From a virus (Duplodnaviria > Caudoviricetes), in IMG/VR virus record IMGVR_UViG_3300027867_000006, positions 1 to 63,521 of that record: 63,521 nt of DNA, one strand, 5' to 3'. The notes under the pieces are model-generated. The model made no database searches and was not told the origin of the DNA. It was given only the letters and a program-made list of their open reading frames with translations. The position numbers were made by a program, and so were the translations under genes. This document shows positions 46,092 through 54,601 of the stretch, piece by piece. The first letter of the stretch is position 1; every line of letters begins with the position of its first letter.

Positions 46092-47869
46092 CAGCGAACC
46101 GTAGAGCTAGCCGGAGAGAATGGAAGACGATCTTCTGACTCGCCAGGCCCGGCTCGCTTCGCGACCTTCTGTGACAGCGATCCCGCGGGCAGCAGCTTCT
46201 TGCCGAATTTGACCCAGGGACTCGTGAACCCTTTGCCATACTTCTTCTCGAACAGTTCGCGCAGTCGATCGCCTGCGACATAAGCGTCTGGCGCTTCTAC
46301 TGTCCCCGAAAGAGCAACGCGCTTTCCCTTGATCACAGCCGAATACTCCCCTGTCCACTTCCCAGCGACGTCTTTGACTTTCCCCACTTCCGCCCCCGGA
46401 TCTATCTCTTTCGCTTCGGCCTGCTGCTGTTGAGCTTGCTGCTCGAGTTCGACTGCTTCGGCCCCAGCCGGCGGCAGATCTTCCGCGGCTTGCTCGATTT
46501 CCGCGTCCGTGATGTTCGTGAAGATCCCAGTGATTTCAGAGGACTGGCGAAGTTCCTTCATCGCGCCTTTTTGCGTGATGAGGCCCTTCTCTTCGGCTTC
46601 GGCTACAGCCGTGGTTGTAGTCTGAGCGATTTCAGATTTCTCTTTCTCGCTCAGCTGCCACAAGGGACGGAACTTCAATGTCGATCCTTCCGGCAACGGA
46701 GTTCCTTCACTCTGAGCTAGCACGCGGTAGATCGTGGTCAGCGCCACCAGCAGATCATCTTGCTGCTGCTGGTTGATGTTGTCGTAGTACATCCGAAGAT
46801 CCGCATCGCCTGTGGAATTCAGACCAGCGGGGGACTGACCGAACAGCCGCACCAGTGGAATCCCCGATGCGCCGGCCAGCTGCTGACCGAACTGGATCAG
46901 CGCGTCGGACAGCCCACTGAATGTCGCATTGGCATGCGCGACGAAATCATCTTTGCTGTCGAGCGCGAGAAGCCCTTCCAAGTTCTGGAAGCGACGCTGC
47001 ATCTCGAGATATTTCACGAGCCCATCCAGCTGGTCGCCGCCGGCCGCGATGATGTCGCGCAGTCCTTCCACCTTGATGGTGCGCAGGTACGCTTTGTATA
47101 CGAGTTGCGCGGCGCCAGTCGTTGCGCTGTCGAAAGCGATCATGCGATCGTACAGCCGCTCGAGGACGCTTTCTCCCCAGAGGTTTTCCATCAGCCGCTG
47201 GTAGTGCGGCAGTTTGATTCCGATCATGCGCAAGCAGCGCGAGTAGTGGACCCGCTTCCCGCGCAACGCAGGCGTATCGAGATTGATGTCATAGAATTTC
47301 GGGAGACCGATATCCGGCCCCATTTCCGTGACGAGATCGTTCAGTGTCGGATTGCACATCCACCGATCGAACACGGACAGGCCTTTGAACTGCCCCTTCC
47401 CGACAGTCTCGATGCGCAGCGGCGTACTCAGGTCCTGGCCATCGATCAGCATCACCGCAATCGAGCCCCCATACAGCTTAGCCCACTGAATCGTTTCTTG
47501 GACGGAGTTCCAGATCTTGAGCCGCGTTGCGCCTTCCTGGATCTTTTCGATCTTGTCAGGTTGCAGTTTGCCTTTGACCTCAACGCCTGCTCGGGTCATG
47601 TCCTTCGCGATGATGTCGATGACCATGCCCGCGATCCACGATCCGCGATGCGCCCACTCGAGAAGCGTGCGGATGCGCGTGATCGGATTAAAGCCGTAAC
47701 TCGATCCCGCAAGGGGGTTATCCGCCCCCAGTCCCATCTTCTGCTGGAAGTTGACGAACGAGTCCGCGGTTGCTACTGGTCCGGTGCCGTCCTTCTGCCA
47801 GCCGCGGAGGACCTTCTTTTCAGCTGCAGCGGCGTGGATGATCGCCTTCTTGACGCTGACCTTTTTCAT
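46091..47869 (-). CDS. Portal protein (DUF1073) with C-terminal extension
   Basis: WAKLYGGS; WGESVLE; IPLVRLFGQSPAGLNSTG; FRPLWQLS. Confidence 0.9.
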   Translation of the reverse strand: MKKVSVKKAIIHAAAAEKKVLRGWQKDGTGPVATADSFVNFQQKMGLGADNPLAGSSYGFNPITRIRTLLEWAHRGSWIAGMVIDIIAKDMTRAGVEVKGKLQPDKIEKIQEGATRLKIWNSVQETIQWAKLYGGSIAVMLIDGQDLSTPLRIETVGKGQFKGLSVFDRWMCNPTLNDLVTEMGPDIGLPKFYDINLDTPALRGKRVHYSRCLRMIGIKLPHYQRLMENLWGESVLERLYDRMIAFDSATTGAAQLVYKAYLRTIKVEGLRDIIAAGGDQLDGLVKYLEMQRRFQNLEGLLALDSKDDFVAHANATFSGLSDALIQFGQQLAGASGIPLVRLFGQSPAGLNSTGDADLRMYYDNINQQQQDDLLVALTTIYRVLAQSEGTPLPEGSTLKFRPLWQLSEKEKSEIAQTTTTAVAEAEEKGLITQKGAMKELRQSSEITGIFTNITDAEIEQAAEDLPPAGAEAVELEQQAQQQQAEAKEIDPGAEVGKVKDVAGKWTGEYSAVIKGKRVALSGTVEAPDAYVAGDRLRELFEKKYGKGFTSPWVKFGKKLLPAGSLSQKVAKRAGPGESEDRLPFSPASSTVR

Positions 47870-48192
47870 TGGCGCTCCCTCGAGAAGACTACCGAATGTG
47901 GCGGGAGCGCGTCAATCAGCGCTTGGCGCAATGCCCGAATGTGCCGGTTCGTTGGATCGAAAGCAACCGCCTCAGTGAATCGCTGAACGAGCTGATCTGG
48001 ATTCAGCTGGCTACCTGAGATCGACACTATGCAGTACTCCGCGTACCCGGTAGTCGCGCTGTACCCACACGCGGCCACGAGCCAAAGCGCCGGCAGCCAG
48101 AGCCGCAGCAAAGAGAGTAACGGGTATATGGAGGGGAAATGAAAGGATTCCCACTGCGAAGACTGACGTGAGAACAAGTCGTTCTGGTTCAT
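47866..48192 (-). CDS. Membrane-anchored small protein with TPR-like helix, overlapping the ligase-like gene
   Basis: GGAG SD; TM segment; FTEAVAFDPTNRHIR; ATGA overlap with the portal gene. Confidence 0.55.
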   Translation of the reverse strand: MNQNDLFSRQSSQWESFHFPSIYPLLSLLRLWLPALWLVAACGYSATTGYAEYCIVSISGSQLNPDQLVQRFTEAVAFDPTNRHIRALRQALIDALPPHSVVFSRERQ

Positions 48193-49066
48193 AGGTTCGC
48201 TCCAACCAAAGATAAACTAGCGCGGCTGCAGGTGCAATCGCGATGACTCCTAACTCGTATATGTAATGGACGACTTCGTTGTGAGCGTACTCGGCGAACC
48301 CGAACGCTATTGGAAAGCTGCCTAAGCCGTGACCGATCCAAGTTGATTGAAGAAGAGCTTCCTTCCAGAATCCCAATCTCTCTACTCCGCTCGGAAACTT
48401 CACAACGAACAACGAAACCATGAGGCCCGCGGCGAGCGCGGCGAGGAGCATCCCCGCTGTTCGCGCTCGACCGCGGTCCCATAGATAAACCGACAAGACC
48501 GCAACGAGAGATCCGAACACCGCAGTGGAGTGTCCCATCGCTACGCAAAAGGCGGGGGCGATCGACCAGCGCCAGTCACTGTGAGCAAGCGTAGCGACGA
48601 GCGCGACCATCCCGGCTTCGGCTAGAAGATTCTTATTTACGAAGAGGCCACCCGGCGTGATGGCCTCCTGGACGAGGTGCCACCCGGACAGCTGACAGAT
48701 AGCGATGACCGCCGAGACACCCATCCCCGCCGCTAATCCACGCCAGAGGTATCTCAGACTGAGTTCGGCGGCTGAAAATCCTACGATGAAAACCCCAGCC
48801 GCTAGCAGCAGATGAATCAACTCCTCGTAAGCGGTCAGCTCGTCTGGAGCCCATTGGGTTGTCAGTCCGATAATCGAGAGAATCAATACCATCAACGCCG
48901 CGACGACTGCGGGCAGAGGCTTCGATCGGTCGCCAAAGAGTATCAGATATAGCGGAGCGCCAATCGCCATGAAGTCCCATCTCAACGTGAATCCAGCTTC
49001 GAGTGCGTCGGGCCACAGTCCCACCGCGACCAGGAACCCGAAACCGAAGAGATAGATATTTCTCAT
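48011..49066 (-). CDS. O-antigen ligase / O-oligosaccharyltransferase-like (Wzy_C) membrane protein
   Basis: ~10 TM segments; GGLFVNKNLLAE; ERLGFW; GHGLGSF; AHNE...ELG; SFPLH. Confidence 0.85.
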   Translation of the reverse strand: MRNIYLFGFGFLVAVGLWPDALEAGFTLRWDFMAIGAPLYLILFGDRSKPLPAVVAALMVLILSIIGLTTQWAPDELTAYEELIHLLLAAGVFIVGFSAAELSLRYLWRGLAAGMGVSAVIAICQLSGWHLVQEAITPGGLFVNKNLLAEAGMVALVATLAHSDWRWSIAPAFCVAMGHSTAVFGSLVAVLSVYLWDRGRARTAGMLLAALAAGLMVSLFVVKFPSGVERLGFWKEALLQSTWIGHGLGSFPIAFGFAEYAHNEVVHYIYELGVIAIAPAAALVYLWLERTYEPERLVLTSVFAVGILSFPLHIPVTLFAAALAAGALARGRVWVQRDYRVRGVLHSVDLR

Positions 49067-49356
49067 GGATTGACGAATGCACTTTGGGCAATGAACGAAT
49101 CTTCTACAGCGGCGGGCGTCGGGCTCGTCCCAGCGAATCGCCACTGATGGAGACCGTTGAGTTCCGGAGTGAATGGGGCAGAGTACTGTCCTATCTGCTC
49201 TCGAGTCACAACCAAGTCTGTATCGTTCTCAGCGGGATCGAGGACGACTCCCGTGACGCCGCCGATTGGGTCCACGGGATTTCCATCTACGTCCGTGAAG
49301 TTCGCTACCAGCTGGATGCTCGTGCCGAGAAAGACGGTAGTCTGTGGCGTCGTCAT
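49063..49356 (-). CDS. Ig-like virion adaptor protein
   Basis: FTDVDGNPVDP...GQY...G.HQWRFAGT beta-sandwich pattern. Confidence 0.6.
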   Translation of the reverse strand: MTTPQTTVFLGTSIQLVANFTDVDGNPVDPIGGVTGVVLDPAENDTDLVVTREQIGQYSAPFTPELNGLHQWRFAGTSPTPAAVEDSFIAQSAFVNP

Positions 49357-50015
49357 GAAGGCACCCGGATGTAAGTCGTCGCGCTCATCGGGCGTCTGAT
49401 TGAAGTGGTAGCGAACATTTCCTGTGGTTGACTGAGCGTGGAAAGAACGCCGAGCGAAGATTCGATCACGAACCCAGAAAGCGGGAAGAAGTTGTTGTCC
49501 TGCTCCGGCGTGAGCGCGCCGAGAGTCGAGGCCATGCGCAAGCCGTGCAGCGCGACCGCATTGCGATCTTGCTCAGGCGTGAGGATGCCGAGCGCCGTGT
49601 TGATGCGGAAGCCGAGTAGTTGCGCCGAATCCGAGACCGAAGGCGTGAGCACCCCGAGCGAACTGTTGATGCGCAACCCGTTGAGGTCAACCGTTGGGCT
49701 GCTTTCCTCCATGAGGAGGCCGAGCGTGCTGGCGATCCTGAACCCCGAAAGCCCGACGCCCGGCCCGACTCCCAAACCTCCGAGCGCGCTATTGATCCGG
49801 AAGCCGACCAGGGACGCGGTCTCGGAAACCTTGACCGTGAGAACTCCGAGCGTGCTGTTGACGCGGAAGCCTTGCAGCGCGACGCCGGTGGAGAGATCGA
49901 GCTGTCCGAGCGAGCTATTGATCCGAAAGCCGACCAGCGGCCCGACATTGTTGCCGGGCGTGCCGCCGAAAGGGTCGGACCCAAATGGACCGCCACCGAA
50001 GACAGGGCCGGGCAT
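49353..50015 (-). CDS. Repeat-containing virion fibre/stalk protein
   Basis: FGGGPFGSDPFGG N-terminus; 8 copies of L.G[FL]...S.LG.L. Confidence 0.7.
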   Translation of the reverse strand: MPGPVFGGGPFGSDPFGGTPGNNVGPLVGFRINSSLGQLDLSTGVALQGFRVNSTLGVLTVKVSETASLVGFRINSALGGLGVGPGVGLSGFRIASTLGLLMEESSPTVDLNGLRINSSLGVLTPSVSDSAQLLGFRINTALGILTPEQDRNAVALHGLRMASTLGALTPEQDNNFFPLSGFVIESSLGVLSTLSQPQEMFATTSIRRPMSATTYIRVPS

Positions 50016-50018
50016 CGG

Positions 50019-53000
50019 TTAGATCGGTTCAAGAAGGACACAGATCATACCGCCTGTGAACGTGCCAACGGTGCCCGCCCACTTGGCGGAAAGCCGGTCG
50101 CCCGCCGCCATGTTGACGGTGGCGATTGTGCCGGTCACCGTCCCTTGAACCACCGTATTGATGCTGCCAGAAAAGGTGATGACCCCCGTCAAGACCGAAG
50201 TGCCTGCGCCGGGTGCGGTGGTGCCGGTGTCTTTGATTATGTCCACGGTCGGCGTCGTGGCGCTGGAAGCATAGACCCGTGCAGCCTTCACGCGCCACGC
50301 CCGGTTGGCGAGAAAAAACGGATAGCTGTTGCCCGAAACCGGCACGCTGGCCGGAAGAAACTGCTCCCAGCAGACTTCCTCCAACCCCGATACGCCGTTG
50401 ACCTGCACCTCGCCCGGGGTGCCGGTGCTGACCGCTGTGCCGCCTGTGATGTTGACGTTGCCGCCGCCGTTGGTGCCGCCTGCGCCCGCGCCACCCGTGA
50501 TGCTGACCGTGTTGCCCGCTGCGGAAGTCGCGGTGCCGACTGCGATGGTCACGGCTCCCGCTTGGCCGGAGGTTGCGCCGCCTGCGCCGCTGGTGATAGA
50601 GATCGCCCCGCCCGTGCCGGTTAGATCGGGCGTGCCCCCAATGAGCTGCACCGGACCGCCGCTCGCAGTGGTCGTGGTGCCGGAACCGGCTGCACCGCCT
50701 AAAAGTGTAAAGGTGCCGCCCACGCCACCGACCGAAGTGGTGCCTGCGGCAGCGCCACCCGTCCCGGCTCTCAACGTGGCGGCACCGCCCTGACCGCCTG
50801 TGGTGGAGGCGGCATTGCTCGCGAATCCAATGCCCCCGGCCAGTTGAACTTGTCCGGCGGTTCCAGCGGTGGAGGTGCCCTGAGAGGCGTTGCCGCCGTT
50901 CAAATTGAGGTTGCCGCCTGATTCCGAATTGCTACTGACGCCAGCGCCACCCGCGACCGTCACCGCGCCACCCGAACCCGTGGAAGTGCTGCCGCCACCC
51001 CCGCCAGTGACCGTGATCTGGCCGCCCACGCCCGTGACTGATTGGCTCCCGGTCAGGACCATAGTTGCGCCTGTGCCACTGCCGACCGAGTTGCCTGCGG
51101 TGATGTTGACGTTGCCGCCTGTAGAGTTAGATCCGAGCGCGTTGGCCGAGGCGAGGGTCACCGATCCCGTATTGCCGCTGGTGGTGGTGCCGCTCTTGAT
51201 GGTCACGCTGCCGCTGGCACCGGAGGTTGCGCCGCCTGCGCCGCTGATCAGACTCGCATTGCCACCCGTGCCGGTCAGGTCCGGGGAGCCGCCTGTGACG
51301 TTGACAGCGCCGCCGTTCGCCGTGGTCGTGGTACCTGCACCCGCCTGCCCGCCAACCAAAGAGGCAATGGCACCCGCGCCCGCGACCGAGGTGGTTCCTG
51401 CCGCCGCGCCGCCCGTGCCTGCTGTGAGGGTGAGTGCCCCGCCAACGCCCGCCGTGGTCGAAGCGGCATTGGTGCGGAAGCCGATGCCCCCGTTGGCAGC
51501 TAAGATTCCACCGGCCCCCGCTGTTTCAGTTCCTTGAGATGCATTGCCACCATTCAAGGTGAGGTTCCCACCACCTTCAGAAGTGCTGGCTGTGCCGCTG
51601 CCGCCTTTGATCAATACAGCGCCGCCCGCGCCCGTGGAAGTGCTGCCGCCCGCGCCACCAAAAATCTGGACAACACCGCCCGCGCCGGTGACCGACTGCC
51701 CTCCGGTCAGTTGCAGCGTGCCGCTAACGCCGGAGCCGATTGAATTCCCGACCGCAATCGAAACTGCGCCTGCGGTGTTGTTCGAAGCCGCCGCATTAGC
51801 GGTGGAAATTGCCACCGAGCCGGAACTGCCGCTGGTCGGTTGAACGGTGGTGATAGTCACCGATCCCGATGCGCCGGATGTGCCGCCACCGTTCCCCCCG
51901 CGCACCAGCACATTGCCTCCCGTGCCCGTCAGGTCTGGATTGCCGCCAAGCAATTGAGCGTCGCCGCCGTTCGCCGTAGTCGTTGTGCCCGATCCAGCCG
52001 CGCCGCCGCGCAGCCTCGCGATGCCCCCCGCACCGGCCACAGACGTGGTGCCTGCTGCCGCGCCGCCTGCGCCTCCGTCCATTTCACTGACAGCACCGGC
52101 CCCTGCGGTGGTCGAAGCGGCGTTGCTGGCGAATCCAGTTCCACCCGTCAGGGTAATCAATCCAGCCGCACCCGCAGTCGAAGTGCCTTGGGAGGCGTTG
52201 CCGCCGTTGATGGAGACGTTTCCACCGGCTGAAGACGAGCTGCTTGTAGGCGTTGCTCCAGAGATGACGACCGCGCCACCCGCCCCGCTCGTCCCGCCGC
52301 CCAAGCCACCCGTGATGTTCACCGCTGCGCCCGCCTGTGCGCTCGTGCCCTGCGCCGCGGTGACGGTCATCCCGGCATGCGTCGCTGTGAGCGTCGTGCC
52401 CGCCGTGCCGTTGAAGGCGACCACACCAGAGGTGACGTCGCCCACAGTCGTCATGCCGCTGCCGCCGCTGATCGAATTGCATCCGAGCGCGTGAGTGCTG
52501 GTGTTGTAGGTCAGCGCGTTGGTCGCCCCGGCGCAGCCGTTGGTGCCTGAGGTCGGCATCGCCACCGCAGTCGGCGCGGCGCTGCTGCCGGTCGCGTTCA
52601 TCACCACTGTGTCGCCCGACTGCGTGGCGAGATGCGCGAGCGGAATCGTGCAGGTGGTCACCCCCGACGAGGAAAGCAGGCAATCGCCCGAGAAACCCAT
52701 CACCTTCGCTGGAAGGTCGGAGAACACGTCAGTCGTGCTGGCGCTGAAGTTGACCGCGCTGCCGCCGTTGGAGGAATCCAGGATCGTGGTGCGCGTCAAC
52801 GTGCCGCCCGTGTTCCAGGTGCCGATCCCCGACTCCCATTGCGTGGAAGGATTGGCGCGGTTGACCGCGAAATACCAGATCGTGTCGCCGTTGTTCATCG
52901 CGCTGCCGAAGGTGCGATACCCGGTCAGCGCACCGCCCAGGGTGAGAGTGCTCGTGCCGCTGGTGACCGTGGTCTCCCAAACGCGGGCGGTCAGGACAAA

Positions 53001-53057
53001 AGCCGCCTGCGCGGGAAAAGCTACCGCCAGCAGCAGCGCTGCAACGAACCGTTTCAT
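50019..53057 (-). CDS. 1012-aa Gly/Thr/Ser-rich fibre protein with signal peptide
   Basis: MKRFVAALLLAVAFPAQA|; RVWETT...TLTLGGA..GYRTF...WESGIGT fibre-type N-domain; three long internal repeats. Confidence 0.8.
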   Translation of the reverse strand: MKRFVAALLLAVAFPAQAAFVLTARVWETTVTSGTSTLTLGGALTGYRTFGSAMNNGDTIWYFAVNRANPSTQWESGIGTWNTGGTLTRTTILDSSNGGSAVNFSASTTDVFSDLPAKVMGFSGDCLLSSSGVTTCTIPLAHLATQSGDTVVMNATGSSAAPTAVAMPTSGTNGCAGATNALTYNTSTHALGCNSISGGSGMTTVGDVTSGVVAFNGTAGTTLTATHAGMTVTAAQGTSAQAGAAVNITGGLGGGTSGAGGAVVISGATPTSSSSSAGGNVSINGGNASQGTSTAGAAGLITLTGGTGFASNAASTTAGAGAVSEMDGGAGGAAAGTTSVAGAGGIARLRGGAAGSGTTTTANGGDAQLLGGNPDLTGTGGNVLVRGGNGGGTSGASGSVTITTVQPTSGSSGSVAISTANAAASNNTAGAVSIAVGNSIGSGVSGTLQLTGGQSVTGAGGVVQIFGGAGGSTSTGAGGAVLIKGGSGTASTSEGGGNLTLNGGNASQGTETAGAGGILAANGGIGFRTNAASTTAGVGGALTLTAGTGGAAAGTTSVAGAGAIASLVGGQAGAGTTTTANGGAVNVTGGSPDLTGTGGNASLISGAGGATSGASGSVTIKSGTTTSGNTGSVTLASANALGSNSTGGNVNITAGNSVGSGTGATMVLTGSQSVTGVGGQITVTGGGGGSTSTGSGGAVTVAGGAGVSSNSESGGNLNLNGGNASQGTSTAGTAGQVQLAGGIGFASNAASTTGGQGGAATLRAGTGGAAAGTTSVGGVGGTFTLLGGAAGSGTTTTASGGPVQLIGGTPDLTGTGGAISITSGAGGATSGQAGAVTIAVGTATSAAGNTVSITGGAGAGGTNGGGNVNITGGTAVSTGTPGEVQVNGVSGLEEVCWEQFLPASVPVSGNSYPFFLANRAWRVKAARVYASSATTPTVDIIKDTGTTAPGAGTSVLTGVITFSGSINTVVQGTVTGTIATVNMAAGDRLSAKWAGTVGTFTGGMICVLLEPI

Positions 53058-53067
53058 GTCGCCCTCC

Positions 53068-53601
53068 TCAAGCCAGTTGCAGCAGGGCGGTCGCCGAAGC
53101 GTTCACCGGCATCGAGACTGTGAACGTGCCAGCCACGACCGGCTCGTCCGCGCCGAAATCGTAGACGAACACCGACCGGTTGCCGTTGGTTGAGTTGTAA
53201 ACCAAGCAGCCGCGCGTGGTGAAAGTCGAAACGGTCCAGACCGCGTTTCCGTTGGGCGTGGTGTAAGCGACCGTGCCGGTAGACAGCGGCGTGGTATTGC
53301 CTAGCGCCACCCCCCCCGTTGTGTAGCCGCTGCCGTTGGCCAGCTCATCAGCGTTGCCGGTGACGTTGGCGTAGTTGGTGGTGGCCGCGCCGTAAGTGCC
53401 CACGATCAACGCGGTCTGCTTGAACAGCATCATGAAGAAGGCGTTGCCGGTGCCGGCGGTGAAATCGTGCTTGGCCTCCATCAGCTCGACCTTGAAGCTG
53501 GTGCAAAGCGCGGTGGTCAACCCGGCGAGAGCGACCAGCCAGCGGCGCATGCGCTCCAGGGCGATGTCGAAGAAATTTGGTGCGAGGGCGAGTGCGTTCA
53601 T
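53068..53601 (-). CDS. Conserved virion structural protein (CTSFKVEL family)
   Basis: ALCTSFKVELM..KHDF; GYTTGG..L; RGCLVYN; DFGAD..V.AGTFTV.MP. Confidence 0.75.
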   Translation of the reverse strand: MNALALAPNFFDIALERMRRWLVALAGLTTALCTSFKVELMEAKHDFTAGTGNAFFMMLFKQTALIVGTYGAATTNYANVTGNADELANGSGYTTGGVALGNTTPLSTGTVAYTTPNGNAVWTVSTFTTRGCLVYNSTNGNRSVFVYDFGADEPVVAGTFTVSMPVNASATALLQLA

Positions 53602-53825
53602 GTGGCAAGTTCTCCTTTTGCTTTGAGGGCGTCTTTCAAAATGCGTGCGCCCATCTCGTCGGGCGCGAGGACGACTTGATGGACATCGCGTTTGACCAGC
53701 TCCCCGGTGTCGGGAAGATAGTATTCGGTCCACTCCGAGTAGCCCAGAGGGCGCTCATGCCGCACAACATTCTTGCGAAGAGTCGATTCCTCAAGCGGGC
53801 CTTTGGTGGTTGGAATCAAAGCCAT
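53598..53825 (-). CDS. Small conserved protein
   Basis: LIPTTKGPLEESTL...WTEYY...ELVKRDVH. Confidence 0.7.
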   Translation of the reverse strand: MALIPTTKGPLEESTLRKNVVRHERPLGYSEWTEYYLPDTGELVKRDVHQVVLAPDEMGARILKDALKAKGELAT

Positions 53826-53835
53826 AAGTCGCTCC

Positions 53836-54273
53836 TCAGTTCGCGTAGCAGGCGTCGATCGAGAACGTCATCGACGGCGTACTGGTGCCGGCTAGATTGA
53901 CGCGCCAGCTGCGCGGCAGAATCGCGTTCGCCGTGACGTTGTTCGACGCAGTGATCCCCGGATAGACCGTGAAGATCAGTGGCATGCCCACCGTCGTGGC
54001 GACGGCCGTGCTAGCGAGGATGGTGTAGAAGACCGTCGGCGTCGCGGGAATCGGCGCCTGGACGTTTAAGATGTACTGCCCGCTCGTGAACGCCGTGACG
54101 TTCAGGATCAGCGTGACACCGCGCCACGAGCCATTCGACAATGTATTGGAGTTCACCGCGGCGGCAGTTCGCGCTGCGCTCGGCAAGACGTTAAAGCACT
54201 GGTTCGGGTTCGATTGCGCTGCGGCGAGTGATGTGAACGCAACGAGCAGAGCGGCGAGCAGAAGACGTTTCAT
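53836..54273 (-). CDS. Signal-peptide-bearing beta-sandwich protein
   Basis: MKRLLLAALLVAFTSLAAA|Q; SAARTA; RGV; VYPG; LPRSWRV; 2 Cys. Confidence 0.75.
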   Translation of the reverse strand: MKRLLLAALLVAFTSLAAAQSNPNQCFNVLPSAARTAAAVNSNTLSNGSWRGVTLILNVTAFTSGQYILNVQAPIPATPTVFYTILASTAVATTVGMPLIFTVYPGITASNNVTANAILPRSWRVNLAGTSTPSMTFSIDACYAN

Positions 54274-54560
54274 TCGGACCCCTTGAGAGTAAGACGGCCA
54301 GTACGGCGGACGTGCTCTACGTCGAATCGTCGGAGCATGCCTGTGATGCAGAAGTCTTCCGCTTTGACGATCACGGGCCTCACAAAAATGTGGCTGACAA
54401 GGTAGCGTCTAGCCACCCCGAGGCGAAATGACAGGGCTAAGAGCGCGTTCAGCTGCGGGCGCGGTGGCGGAGCGTCGCCCCCAGGAGGTTCGCCTTCCCC
54501 GAAATGCGGATTTGCGGATTCGAGGAACTCCCTGATCGCGGCGGAGGATTTCACGCGCAT
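54270..54560 (-). CDS. Hypothetical protein
   Basis: 96-aa ORF coupled to the downstream gene; TAGAAT immediately upstream. Confidence 0.45.
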   Translation of the reverse strand: MRVKSSAAIREFLESANPHFGEGEPPGGDAPPPRPQLNALLALSFRLGVARRYLVSHIFVRPVIVKAEDFCITGMLRRFDVEHVRRTGRLTLKGSE

Positions 54561-54601
54561 ATTCTAAGTCGTCGGGGCCTCAGCGTGGTGTAACAAATGT
54601 T

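Noticed and set aside
46091-47869. Anti-CBASS Acb1 label sometimes attached to DUF1073 proteins
   Set aside because: Position and motifs indicate a portal, and no HxT 2H-phosphoesterase domain is visible in the C-terminal extension.
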